Below, piece after piece: positions 33,919 through 43,326 of a stretch of 64,000 nt of DNA; position 1 is the stretch's first letter; every line of letters starts with the position of its first letter. Position numbers and translations under genes: made by a program. Source of the DNA: Pseudobdellovibrionaceae bacterium (GTDB lineage Bacteria; Bdellovibrionota; Bdellovibrionia; Bdellovibrionales; Bdellovibrionaceae); NCBI GenBank assembly GCA_021731025.1, contig JAKFYD010000011.1, forward strand, positions 1,889 to 65,888. The letters run 5' to 3'. The notes beneath the pieces are model-generated. The model was not told the DNA's origin. It did no database searches and saw only the letters and a program-made list of their open reading frames with translations.

Positions 33919-34461
33919 ATGAGTTCTCATAGAAGAAGAATAAAACATTTTTCACGAGCTAGTGGTCCAAGAAAAGCTTTGATCCGTGGTTTAGTGATTT
34001 CTTTGATCGAGCACGGTCGCATTAAAACGACTGTAGAAAAGGCAAAAGAAATTCGCCGTCACGCAGAGAAGGTCGTCACCTTGGGTAAAGACGCAGGAAC
34101 GGCAACACGCCGTTTGCTTTTGTCTCGTTATCCCAATCCTAAGGCTATTGATGCTATCATTAATGATATTTCACCGCGTTTTAAAGCGCGTCCAGGTGGT
34201 TACACCCGTATTATTAAAATTGGTCGTCGTCCTGGTGACACGGCCGAAATGGCATTCCTTGAATTTGTTGATTATGACTTCAGCTCAAAAGTAGAAAAAA
34301 CGACTGGAAAATCATCTGATAAAAAAGGTGAAAAGAAGGAAGATAAAGCTGCTAAAAAAGAAGCTGCTGTTCTCCGTCGCGCAAAAATGAGAGTTGTTGC
34401 TGCGAAGAAGAAATCAGTCAAGAAAATGCAAAAAACTTCGCGAGTTGAATCTCGCGCTTAG
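33919..34461 (+). CDS. rplQ: 50S ribosomal protein L17 with a ~60 aa Lys/Ala/Glu-rich C-terminal extension
   Basis: 'HRRRIKHFSRASGPRKALIRGL' and 'RPGGYTRIIKIGRRPGD'. 180 aa. Confidence 0.95.
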   Translation: MSSHRRRIKHFSRASGPRKALIRGLVISLIEHGRIKTTVEKAKEIRRHAEKVVTLGKDAGTATRRLLLSRYPNPKAIDAIINDISPRFKARPGGYTRIIKIGRRPGDTAEMAFLEFVDYDFSSKVEKTTGKSSDKKGEKKEDKAAKKEAAVLRRAKMRVVAAKKKSVKKMQKTSRVESRA

Positions 34462-34486
34462 AGTTTGCCAAAATTTAAATTTCTAC

Positions 34487-34520
34487 AAAAAGACTCACAC
34501 TGTTGAGTCTTTTTGTTTTT
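34487..34520 (+). terminator. rho-independent terminator ending the alpha operon
   Basis: AAAAAGACTCA-cactgt-TGAGTCTTTTT perfect stem followed by a T-run (tttttgttttt). Confidence 0.65.
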
Positions 34521-34536
34521 CAGGCATACTTTTCTT

Positions 34537-35100
34537 ATGAAAGCTCATCTTAAAGCCCTAGGAATTGTCGGCGTCTTTTTTCTTCTCTTTGCAGGAGTGT
34601 ATTTGTATTTCTCGCGGTCGCCTCAAAGTAGCAGCTCGCATATCGATACGGTGCAGAGAATGGAGGCCAAAGGGGTGCCGACTTTTACGGCGAACACCAT
34701 TGATAATATTAAATTCGAACTTTCGGCTCATCCGGGGAAAGTCATCATTGTTAATTTTTGGGCGTCTTGGTGTGGGCCTTGTATCGAGGAAATCCCTTCC
34801 TTAATCCAACTGGCCGAACATTTTAAAGACCGCATTGAAATTTTAGCCGTATCTAACGATGAAAAGATCGAAGACATACAGATTTTCTTGAAGGCTTTTT
34901 CGAAATTGAAAGCTTCGAGTATTAAAATCATTTGGGATGGCGATCGAAAGATTGCTGATCTTTTCAATGTTCAACGTTTGCCAGAGTCTTTCATTGTGCG
35001 AGCTGATGGAAAGCTCGAGAAGAAGATTATTGGCTCGATCACCTGGTATACGCCTCAATCGCTCGAGTACATTGAGTCTGTGATAAAAAAGGGCCAGTAA
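34537..35100 (+). CDS. TlpA/ResA-like thiol:disulfide oxidoreductase (membrane-anchored thioredoxin fold)
   Basis: 'NFWASWCGPCIEEIP' CxxC motif and an N-terminal TM segment. ATG 34537 preferred over the TTG at 34513, which lies inside the terminator. Confidence 0.8.
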   Translation: MKAHLKALGIVGVFFLLFAGVYLYFSRSPQSSSSHIDTVQRMEAKGVPTFTANTIDNIKFELSAHPGKVIIVNFWASWCGPCIEEIPSLIQLAEHFKDRIEILAVSNDEKIEDIQIFLKAFSKLKASSIKIIWDGDRKIADLFNVQRLPESFIVRADGKLEKKIIGSITWYTPQSLEYIESVIKKGQ

Positions 35101-35104
35101 TTAT

Positions 35105-37078
35105 TTACAGCCCGAATTTCTTTTTTAAATCATCGACGGCTTTTTTGCCTTCTTCTTCAAGCTTTTTCTTTCCTTGGTTTTCGGCGTCCTTTTTGGCTTG
35201 GTCGGTTTTTGATTCGGCTAACTTCTTTTGGGCTTCGGCTTGCTGTTGAAGTTTTTTGATTTCGCCGTCAATTTGTGACCGGAACTGATTGATTTGGGCT
35301 TCAATCTTTTCTTTGTTCTGAGTCACTTCCTTCTGAACATAGTCTTCGATTTTTTTACGAGCTTCATCGATTTTTAGCTGAATTTGTTTTTGGAAGCCTT
35401 TTTGGAGTTCGGCACCTAAATTCGAATTAATGTTAAAAGCTAGGTGAGGTAAAGTTCCGTTAATGTCGGCGTCCAGGGTTACTTGGCTGATGCCGGCAAA
35501 AACATTTTTCAGGATTGAATCAGCGACTGAGTTGGGTGAAGACACATCGTAATCTACGTTCTTAAATTGATTGTCCAAATTGAGCTTAAGGTCTTTGTAA
35601 GCTACAAGTTCAGCATTCAATTGGAGAGCTCCTTGAGCCTTTCTAAACCCAACCTTGACGTCAGGTGATTGGACCAGTTCTTTGCCTTCAATAGGGTATG
35701 CACCGACTTTAAGAGCCAGCTCTGCTCGCCCAATGGGTTTCGTATTGTCCATGACGACGCGGAGATCAGTGGAACGAATATTTTGTGCAGGGAAATCGCC
35801 CGAGGCTGTGAGCACGGTCGGTTTTCCAATGAGGGCTTGGTTGGAAGTGATATCGGTGATTTGCCCGCGGATTTCGCCGGCGTGTTCTGATTTTCCTGCC
35901 TGCGAGCTGATCGAAGTTTTTCGCAGCCAAAAGAGGGGGTAGGAATTCGGGCGACCGAATTCGTAACTGACTCCTTCGGCGCGAGGGTGGGGTTGAATTT
36001 CAACTTCGGCCTCGCTGGGGACATTCTTCTTCGTTAGATTGGGTGGAGCGTATTTATAGTACATGGCTTTGTAACGATTGAGTTTGGCCATGTAGGGATC
36101 GAGATAGCGCTTGAAGATGGACATACTGATGGCCTTCGCATCAATTTTGGGAATTTTAAAATGTTTTTCGAGGTCTTTGATGTCGTTTCTGATTTGCGCC
36201 TCGAGAGATTTTAAGCCGTCCTGTGTGGCCTTAAGATCGCTGTTCAGATCATTGCTTGCTGACTGGATGGCTTTGTATTTGGCATCGCCCTCTTTCAGGA
36301 CAGCGTCGATTTCCCGAAGAGAATCTTGAAGTTCTTGAGGAGTTTTGAAGTTACTGGTTTTAACTTTGCCCAGGCGATCACCCAAAACCTGAAAATCTTT
36401 ACCCTGAGGCAGTTGTTTCAGGCGCTCTTGCCAAGCCGCTTGTTTTTTCTTGAAGTCTTCTTCGAGAGCTTTGGCTTTTTCCTTTGATACAAGACTTTGA
36501 TTTAATTTTTCTAACTGAACTTCAGTGGAAGAACCGCCCAACATGGCGATGATGTCACCCAAAACATTTTCTTCGCCAGCCATTTTGACTTGAGAAAGGG
36601 CCTGGCCCTTAATTTTGTCGGCTTCTTTGGCTAAGGCTGATTCTTTTTGCTCGGAGGGTGGCTCAGGGGGTTTAACTTTTCCTTCGCGGGCTCGAGGTTT
36701 GTTGAATTCAATTTGCTCGACAGCAACTTCATTAACAACAACCTTGGCGCGCAGAAGAGCATCCCACAACATGGAAAAACGAATGTTGCCGATGCTTAAA
36801 GAATTTCTTTTAGGTTGTTCGGCATCGGTAATATCAATGCCTTGAATGCGGAGAGAAGCTTTGAAAAAACTGGTTTCTAAATTAGCCACGTCGACTTCGG
36901 CTCCGACAACTTGGTAGCCCACCCACTCGAGAGATTTGCGCAGGTGTAAATCAAAAAAGAAATGGAAGTAGAGAGCCATCAACACCACGACGATAAACAC
37001 AGGGACAATGGCGTTCCAGCGAATGGGGCCTTGCGGTTTTTTTATTTTTTCAGGCTTTTGTTGAGAGTCGTTATTCAA
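35105..37078 (-). CDS. large membrane-anchored AsmA-like / coiled-coil protein (resembles the TIGR03545-type family from memory)
   Basis: N-terminal TM 'WNAIVPVFIVVVLMALYF', then AsmA-like 'VDVANLETSFFKASLRIQGIDITD'. Long K/E/Q-rich coiled-coil C-terminus. 657 aa. Confidence 0.5.
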   Translation of the reverse strand: MNNDSQQKPEKIKKPQGPIRWNAIVPVFIVVVLMALYFHFFFDLHLRKSLEWVGYQVVGAEVDVANLETSFFKASLRIQGIDITDAEQPKRNSLSIGNIRFSMLWDALLRAKVVVNEVAVEQIEFNKPRAREGKVKPPEPPSEQKESALAKEADKIKGQALSQVKMAGEENVLGDIIAMLGGSSTEVQLEKLNQSLVSKEKAKALEEDFKKKQAAWQERLKQLPQGKDFQVLGDRLGKVKTSNFKTPQELQDSLREIDAVLKEGDAKYKAIQSASNDLNSDLKATQDGLKSLEAQIRNDIKDLEKHFKIPKIDAKAISMSIFKRYLDPYMAKLNRYKAMYYKYAPPNLTKKNVPSEAEVEIQPHPRAEGVSYEFGRPNSYPLFWLRKTSISSQAGKSEHAGEIRGQITDITSNQALIGKPTVLTASGDFPAQNIRSTDLRVVMDNTKPIGRAELALKVGAYPIEGKELVQSPDVKVGFRKAQGALQLNAELVAYKDLKLNLDNQFKNVDYDVSSPNSVADSILKNVFAGISQVTLDADINGTLPHLAFNINSNLGAELQKGFQKQIQLKIDEARKKIEDYVQKEVTQNKEKIEAQINQFRSQIDGEIKKLQQQAEAQKKLAESKTDQAKKDAENQGKKKLEEEGKKAVDDLKKKFGL

Positions 37079-37124
37079 GGGAAGTCCTTTCTGGTGTTAG
37101 TTCAGCAACTGCAAATGATTGTGT

Positions 37125-37652
37125 TTAAGCGCCGTAAAGTTTGTCGTATTTGCAGTACCAGTTGTAAATGCTCGTGGCCGCGAAGGCTTTCCAGTATTTG
37201 GTTTCTCTGAACCGGGCAACAATAGTGGCTCGGTATTTTATAATTAAAATTTTGAAAACCACGAAGGCAATGGGAGCCAAGACGAAAGAAATAATCATTG
37301 ATCCCATGACAATGCTGTTGTTGAAGCGGGTCATGGGAACCAAAGGAGCATTGTACATTGAGACAAATAAAGGGCGAAGGCCCGGGAGTTCTAAAACTTT
37401 TTGTCCCATGATGTTGGCTAAGGGATCGATCAGGTAAGCGACAAATTTAAAAAAGAAGGCCGACAGAAAAGCCGCTCCCAGTTGAATGCGAAAAATAAAA
37501 ATGAGAAAAAGGATGATAAAGGTTTGCAGAGAGATAAAGGGAGCAAAACCCAGAATGAGTCCACAGGCCAGTCCAGCCGCCAGAGAGTTTGTCCCTGTGT
37601 CAGAGTTAAGAAGCTTAAAAAAGGCGAAAATTTGCTTTAAAAGTAATGTCAT
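37125..37652 (-). CDS. small polytopic membrane protein (DUF2062/TIGR03546-like), upstream partner of the AsmA-like gene
   Basis: 'NSLAAGLACGLILGFAPFISLQTFIILFL'. 175 aa with 4-5 TM segments. Confidence 0.45.
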   Translation of the reverse strand: MTLLLKQIFAFFKLLNSDTGTNSLAAGLACGLILGFAPFISLQTFIILFLIFIFRIQLGAAFLSAFFFKFVAYLIDPLANIMGQKVLELPGLRPLFVSMYNAPLVPMTRFNNSIVMGSMIISFVLAPIAFVVFKILIIKYRATIVARFRETKYWKAFAATSIYNWYCKYDKLYGA

Positions 37653-37791
37653 AGGGCCTCATTTAAATTAATATAAAATAAATCAGTTCAAATATTTCTC
37701 TGAATTTCTCGAAGAGATAGGAATTTTGTGCTGAGTCGGAGATTTTTTTGCTAAATTAAGTGAGAAAGCCTGAATCCGGGCAGAGGTAAAG

Positions 37792-38397
37792 ATGAATCTG
37801 AAAGAGTATATCCATAATAGCTTCAAGGAATCAGCGAGCAACTTGGAAAGATTAGCTCAATCGCAAGAGGTTCAGACTCAGGTCATTAAAGCAGCCGAGT
37901 GGATCATTGAGAGCCTTAAAAATGGCGGGAAGCTGTTGATCGCTGGAAATGGTGGGTCCGCAGCTGACGCCCAGCACATTGCTGCAGAATTGGTCGCAAA
38001 ACTTTCGAGGGATCGTACATCCATCGCCGCTATAGCTTTAACTGTGGATACTTCATTGCTTACGGCTGTTGGCAATGACTATGGCTATGACTATATTTAT
38101 GATCGCCAGATTCAAGGTTTGGCTCAGCCTCAAGATATCTTTTTAGCTATTACCACTTCAGGGAATTCAAAAAATATCCTCAAAGCTTTAGAGCGGGCCA
38201 AACAGAAAAAAGTGAAGTCGATTTTGCTGACAGGATTTGAAGGGGGCAAGGCTCGTGCTGTGGCTGATTTGTCGATTGTGGCTCCCGGTGAGCATACGGC
38301 TCAGATCCAAGAAGCTCACATCGCGATTTATCACACATTGTGTTTTATGATCGAGAAGTCGCTGGTTGAATCAGGTCACGTCGAGTACTTCGACTGA
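37792..38397 (+). CDS. gmhA: D-sedoheptulose-7-phosphate isomerase (SIS domain)
   Basis: 'GNGGSAADAQHIAAELV', 'TAVGNDYGYDYIY', 'ITTSGNSKNILKA', 'IQEAHIAIYH'. Colinear with E. coli GmhA. Confidence 0.9.
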   Translation: MNLKEYIHNSFKESASNLERLAQSQEVQTQVIKAAEWIIESLKNGGKLLIAGNGGSAADAQHIAAELVAKLSRDRTSIAAIALTVDTSLLTAVGNDYGYDYIYDRQIQGLAQPQDIFLAITTSGNSKNILKALERAKQKKVKSILLTGFEGGKARAVADLSIVAPGEHTAQIQEAHIAIYHTLCFMIEKSLVESGHVEYFD

Positions 38398-39369
38398 TTT
38401 TTCTTTTCTTTGTAAATAGAAAACGGCGCCGACCAAACCGAAAATCAACTGGAAGATCTGCATGGCCGTTACGATCGTGGGACCAATCTCTGATTTGTAA
38501 CCCAAATAATTATTAAATAAGAAATAAAAAGCGGCTTGCCCCACGCCAATCCCAGCCGGTGAAATAGGCACGGCCGTGGCCATGAAACCGAGTGGGGCCA
38601 CCAGGAAATAAGTGGACCATTTCGTTCCTTCAGCTAGCCCGGAAACCTCTCCGGCGAGGATAAGAAAACAAATGGTGGTGACCTGAGCTAACAGGCTGTA
38701 GCCAACCACTTGGAATAGATGCCCTGGGGAACTGCCATAAAGTTGAGTTGAAGAATACAACTTAATAAATTTATCTTGTTTAGGTAGAAAGCTTAGAAAC
38801 TTATGGATGCGATCTTGAAAAAAGGGGCGGCGAGTGAAGAGTAAAAATAAGATCAATGTGAAAGCCAGGAAGAGAACACAAAAGAGCATAAAGAGTTTGT
38901 GTAAAACGGGTGAGGTTCGAACGTGTTGAAAATCGTAAAACATCACGGTGAGCGCCATCAGTACCATGGTGTAAAGTCCTAAAATGCGATCGACAGCGAC
39001 ACTGGAAACAGCGGTCGCCCGTGACTCTTTCTGATCTTTGTAGAAGTAGAAGGCCTTCACAAGATCGCCGCCGACGCCGCCAGGGACCGCGTAATTAAAA
39101 AAAGTACCTATAAGAGTGAGCTTGAGCAAAGGCCAAGTCTTACTATGGATGTTTTGGGTTTCAAGAAGAACTCCCCAGCGAAGAGTAGCAAATAAAATAC
39201 TGGAGCCTAAAAGAAGTAAGCCAAGAAAAAAGGGGCCGGGACTAAGCATATTTTTAAGCGCCGAGAAATTGAGTTTACCGCTTTGGACAAGCCAATAAAT
39301 AATTCCTGATGCGATGAGGATTTTTACCGCGGTCAAAATATTTTTTCGAAGAGGAGAAGGTGTCGACAC
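38371..39369 (-). CDS. LPG-synthase-TM / UPF0104 'flippase-like' integral membrane protein
   Basis: 332 aa, about 8 TM segments. N-terminal 'ILIASGIIYWLVQSGKLNFSALK...TLRWGVLL' is typical of this family. Confidence 0.6.
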   Translation of the reverse strand: MSTPSPLRKNILTAVKILIASGIIYWLVQSGKLNFSALKNMLSPGPFFLGLLLLGSSILFATLRWGVLLETQNIHSKTWPLLKLTLIGTFFNYAVPGGVGGDLVKAFYFYKDQKESRATAVSSVAVDRILGLYTMVLMALTVMFYDFQHVRTSPVLHKLFMLFCVLFLAFTLILFLLFTRRPFFQDRIHKFLSFLPKQDKFIKLYSSTQLYGSSPGHLFQVVGYSLLAQVTTICFLILAGEVSGLAEGTKWSTYFLVAPLGFMATAVPISPAGIGVGQAAFYFLFNNYLGYKSEIGPTIVTAMQIFQLIFGLVGAVFYLQRKEKSVEVLDVT

Positions 39370-39377
39370 GGAGATCC

Positions 39378-40232
39378 TCAGCTCAAAAAATGAGTTTTAA
39401 AAATACTTTGTAAGTTCGTAAGAACCTTTTCTAAATTTTTAAGCGGCAAAGAGGTAGGGCCATCACACAGAGCTTGTTCGGGTCGAGGATGAGTTTCCAG
39501 AAAAACTCCGTCGACTCCAACGGCCATTGCAGCGCGGGCCAGTGGCCAAACCATTTCACTGCGACCGCCACTGCTTTCCCCGGTGGCTCCTGGGAGTTGA
39601 GTGGAGTGAGTTGCATCCATAATGACAGGAAACCCCAGATTTCGCATTTCCACGAGTCCTGTCATGTCGTTGATTAATCGATTGTAACCAAAAGTTGTTC
39701 CGCGATCGCAAAGTAAAAGTTTACTGTTTCCTGCCTGAACGGCTTTGTTAGCAATGGACTTCATATCCCAAGGTGCAAGAAATTGTCCCTTTTTGATGTG
39801 AATGACTTTTCCCGTTTTTGCAGTTTCGACGAGAAGATCTGTTTGTCGAGACAAAAAGGCTGGAATTTGAAGAACGTCAGCGACTTCAGCGACGGGAGCT
39901 ACCTGGTGAGTTTCGTGAACATCAGTCAATAAAGGAGCATTCAGTTTTGTTTTTAATTTGAATAAAGATTTAAGAGCTTGATCAGCGCCAGGACCGCGAA
40001 AGCTGGATGAACTTTGGCGATTGGCCTTATCGAAAGAGCATTTTAAAATCCAAGGAATCCCTAATTTTTCGGTGACCCTTTTGATTTCTTGGCCAGTTTC
40101 CAGAACAAGGCCTTCATCTTCGATAATATCGGGACCAGCAAAAAGCACAAAGTTTTTTGCATCTCCCCAGGTGAATGTTTGCGAACCAAATTGAAACGAT
40201 ACGGTTTTAGAGAGCGCTTGGAATCCTGTCAT
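39378..40232 (-). CDS. kdsA: 3-deoxy-8-phosphooctulonate (KDO-8-P) synthase
   Basis: 'FDKANRQSSSSFRGPG', 'IKKGQFLAPWDM', 'LCDRGTTFGYN', 'DATHSTQLPG'. Start set at 'MTGFQAL'; the ORF opens at 40268 and would overlap the upstream gene. Confidence 0.9.
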   Translation of the reverse strand: MTGFQALSKTVSFQFGSQTFTWGDAKNFVLFAGPDIIEDEGLVLETGQEIKRVTEKLGIPWILKCSFDKANRQSSSSFRGPGADQALKSLFKLKTKLNAPLLTDVHETHQVAPVAEVADVLQIPAFLSRQTDLLVETAKTGKVIHIKKGQFLAPWDMKSIANKAVQAGNSKLLLCDRGTTFGYNRLINDMTGLVEMRNLGFPVIMDATHSTQLPGATGESSGGRSEMVWPLARAAMAVGVDGVFLETHPRPEQALCDGPTSLPLKNLEKVLTNLQSIFKTHFLS

Positions 40233-40239
40233 GCCCGAG

Positions 40240-41349
40240 TTATCGCACAGCTTTGAGGACGCTTTCAATGATTTTATCTTGTGTCGCCCTGTCCATATCT
40301 GGGAAAAGGGGGAGACTGATCACATGTTCAGCGGCCCAGCGAGCTTTCGAAATATCGCCCGTAGCGGGAGCATGCTCTTTGTACCAAGGTTGATCAGGCA
40401 TTGTGCGGGGATAGTGAATCGTCGTAGGAACTCCCATCTCTGCTAATTTTTTTTGAAATTGTTCCCGCTGATCAACGGTCACCGTGTATTGAGCCCAAAC
40501 GCTGTCACGATCGGATTTCACTTTAGGGTACGAGAATCCAGGAACTTTTATCTCAGCAAAAGCCTGATTAAAGTTTTGAGCAATTTTTTGCCTTTGTTCA
40601 ACTTCCCAATCATAGCGTTCCATTTTTGCGAGAAGAATGGCGCATTGAATGGTATCTAAACGACCGTTTAAGCCTAAACGAGTGTGGTAGTAGCGGCTTT
40701 CAGAGCCGTGATCGCGAATCTCTTTCATCGCTTTAAAAAGCTTATCATCATTGGTAAAAATGGCTCCGCCGTCGCCATAACATCCAAGGGGTTTTGCGGG
40801 ATAAAAGCTAGTGCCTGCAGCAATGGTTAAACTTCCGCTGCGTTTATTTTTATATTTAGCGCCGTAGCTTTGGGCGAGATCTTCGACGACAAACAGATTG
40901 TGTTTTTTGGCAATGGCGTTGATCTCGTCCATGTCAGCCACTTGCCCGTAGAGAGAGACCGGCATGATCGCTTTTGTTTTTGGGGTGATAGCTTTTTCAA
41001 TTTGAGTGACATCGATGTTGAAAGTCACGGGATCGATATCAACATAAACAGGTTTAGCTCCAGCAAGAACAATAGTTTCTGCCGTGGCAATGAATGAAAA
41101 AGCTGTCGTGATGACTTCATCGCCGGCTTTAATTCCCAAGGCCATGAGAGGAATCAACAGAGAATCGGTTCCGCTGGCGCAGGCTAAAGAGTATTTAACT
41201 CCTGTGTGTTGAGCTAATTTTGTTTCCAATTCTTGGACTTCAGGTCCGTTGATGTAAGCGCCACTTTCAAGAACTTTGAGCACCCGTGAATTGATGGATT
41301 CTTTCAGAGCATTGTACTGGGTTTTTAAATCGATAAAAGGAATCGTCAT
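40240..41349 (-). CDS. DegT/DnrJ/EryC1/StrS-family PLP-dependent sugar aminotransferase
   Basis: 'IPFIDLKTQY', 'ACASGTDSLL', 'SFYPAKPLGCYGDGG' (PLP-Lys region), 'HYPRTMPDQP'. Confidence 0.85.
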   Translation of the reverse strand: MTIPFIDLKTQYNALKESINSRVLKVLESGAYINGPEVQELETKLAQHTGVKYSLACASGTDSLLIPLMALGIKAGDEVITTAFSFIATAETIVLAGAKPVYVDIDPVTFNIDVTQIEKAITPKTKAIMPVSLYGQVADMDEINAIAKKHNLFVVEDLAQSYGAKYKNKRSGSLTIAAGTSFYPAKPLGCYGDGGAIFTNDDKLFKAMKEIRDHGSESRYYHTRLGLNGRLDTIQCAILLAKMERYDWEVEQRQKIAQNFNQAFAEIKVPGFSYPKVKSDRDSVWAQYTVTVDQREQFQKKLAEMGVPTTIHYPRTMPDQPWYKEHAPATGDISKARWAAEHVISLPLFPDMDRATQDKIIESVLKAVR

Positions 41350-41550
41350 GGGGCCTCCGCCGAGTCAAATTTTCAAAAGATAGACTCTAGTTTCCGTTCT
41401 TATGATCTGGAAAGAAAGTGAATTTTTGGTGAAGATATATTTTTTTTGCTTAAAAAGTTTTTTGTGACTTTCCGTCCTCATTTTTTACATGCCGCTGTTG
41501 ACGATCCGAATCATTGCGCTTTTTTTAAGAACGAGGAATCATAGGGCTCT

Positions 41551-42849
41551 ATGGACAAAAGAACACAAAGTCGTCGGGCAAAGGCAAAAAAATCTTTAAC
41601 ATTATTAATTCTCGCTAGTCTGTTAGCGACAAGTAAGGAGTCGAAAGCCGCTTATTCCAACTACAATTCGATTTTAATCGGAGATCTTGCTGCCGGCTTA
41701 GGGGGCGCGGCGACTGCCGTCGTGGGGGATTCGTCTTCGGCTTCTTTCTACAACCCTGCGACCCTAGCTTTCATGGAGGGAAATTCGTTTTCGGCTGCAG
41801 TAGGAATTTACAAAAAATTCGATACTGTATTTGGTGAAAACGAGGACTTTACGAAAGCTCCTTTGCGGGTCAATCAAGGTTTCTTTCGCTCGCTTCCAGC
41901 CTCGACAGGGAATGTGATCCGTGCGGGGAAATACACTGTGGCTTTATCCATTCTGGTTCCCGATTATGATGAATTTAAAGGGGATCTGAAAAAGCAGGAT
42001 GAAAATGCGACAACTCTGTCTGTTCGAGACGAATCGCTATGGGTTGGTGGAAGTGTCGCGCAAAATATTTCTGAAAACGAGTCTGTTGGTTTGTCCGCTT
42101 ATTATACAGCACGAAGCTTTTCACGTTCCTTGAATGATCGAACTTATCCTTCGGCAACCCGAGTTCAGTTGTATACCGAGGAAAAAACTTTGGTTGAAAA
42201 TGGCATTGTGATGATTTTTGGCTACTTTAAAAAATTCTCAGAGGACTTTGGATTTGGAGCCAGCTTAAGAACACCGGCAGTGAAAGTGGCCAGTCATGCA
42301 AATATTTTTAGGTCGACCACGGATGTGGATACGTCTATTCCTTCGATAAATCGGCCCACTGAAAACTTTGTGGATAAAACTTCTCGAGTGGTTATACCGG
42401 GGAAGGTGGCCGTAGGTTTAACTTATCGTCAGGATCCAACACTTCTTTGGTCACTTGATGTAACTTTACACGAAGGGATAAGTTACGTGGATATGGAAGA
42501 TGAAAGCATTGGTGCTCGCGTGGATCACAAGGCTGTATGGAATGCCTCCTTGGGATTAGAAAAAGCATTTAAGGATTGGCTAAAAATTAGACTAGGGGGA
42601 TTTACAAATTTTTCGTCTCATCACGATCCTAATCCTGATTTAGCTCAGCTTCAGGAAGATAAAGTTGATATGTTGGGCTTCAGCGCAAATCTTGTTTTTA
42701 TTGCCGGCCAAAAGATCAGTTACACCTTTGGAGGCTATTATACGGGGGGACGGGGACGATCTATCCAAAGAATCCAGCAGCAGTATGAAGTGACTACGAA
42801 AACCCAACATATTTTCACGATGCTTGTTGGCACGTCGTTCCATTTTTAA
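41551..42849 (+). CDS. outer-membrane beta-barrel protein, FadL/OmpP1-like
   Basis: Signal peptide, 'AGLGGAATAVVGDSSSASFYNPATLA' (FadL-like N-terminal motif), alternating beta-strand pattern and a C-terminal '...GTSFHF'. Confidence 0.55.
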   Translation: MDKRTQSRRAKAKKSLTLLILASLLATSKESKAAYSNYNSILIGDLAAGLGGAATAVVGDSSSASFYNPATLAFMEGNSFSAAVGIYKKFDTVFGENEDFTKAPLRVNQGFFRSLPASTGNVIRAGKYTVALSILVPDYDEFKGDLKKQDENATTLSVRDESLWVGGSVAQNISENESVGLSAYYTARSFSRSLNDRTYPSATRVQLYTEEKTLVENGIVMIFGYFKKFSEDFGFGASLRTPAVKVASHANIFRSTTDVDTSIPSINRPTENFVDKTSRVVIPGKVAVGLTYRQDPTLLWSLDVTLHEGISYVDMEDESIGARVDHKAVWNASLGLEKAFKDWLKIRLGGFTNFSSHHDPNPDLAQLQEDKVDMLGFSANLVFIAGQKISYTFGGYYTGGRGRSIQRIQQQYEVTTKTQHIFTMLVGTSFHF

Positions 42850-42939
42850 TCCGCGGCATTATGGCCATAAAACTTGTAATTACTCTGAAATTCTTCTACT
42901 CCAGTTCCACTTTGGAACTTTTTGAAGAAAAGAGGAATT

Positions 42940-43326
42940 ATGAATTTTCGAAATCTTATTATAAGCCTTAGTCTTGTGTGTGCTACCAGTCTTGCTTCTG
43001 CCGCCACCTACACTGTAGCTGGCCAGTTAAACGCTAAAACCTTAACCCTGGATATTAAAGAGACCGAAGCCATTGGGCCTGGTTGTGATCTTTATGTGCA
43101 AAATTTTACTTATTATCCCGATTTTAAGTTTATCGATGTTGGACTTCGAGAAGTTAAAAATTGTCCCCTCGATAATATTGCTCCTCGAAGTGCGCAACTT
43201 ATCTGGAATTTTCCTTTCAATTTTTCTGCTGAAAAACAAATTTTTCTAAAAATTAATCGCCGCACTGTTGGAACTTTACATATTGAAAACCAAAACATCG
43301 TTTTCAAACCTCGGGGGACTAAGTGA
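42940..43326 (+). CDS. small secreted protein of unknown function, translationally coupled to the subtilase
   Basis: Signal peptide 'MNFRNLIISLSLVCATSLASA'. Its TGA stop overlaps the GTG start of the next gene (GTGA at 43323-43326). Confidence 0.55.
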   Translation: MNFRNLIISLSLVCATSLASAATYTVAGQLNAKTLTLDIKETEAIGPGCDLYVQNFTYYPDFKFIDVGLREVKNCPLDNIAPRSAQLIWNFPFNFSAEKQIFLKINRRTVGTLHIENQNIVFKPRGTK

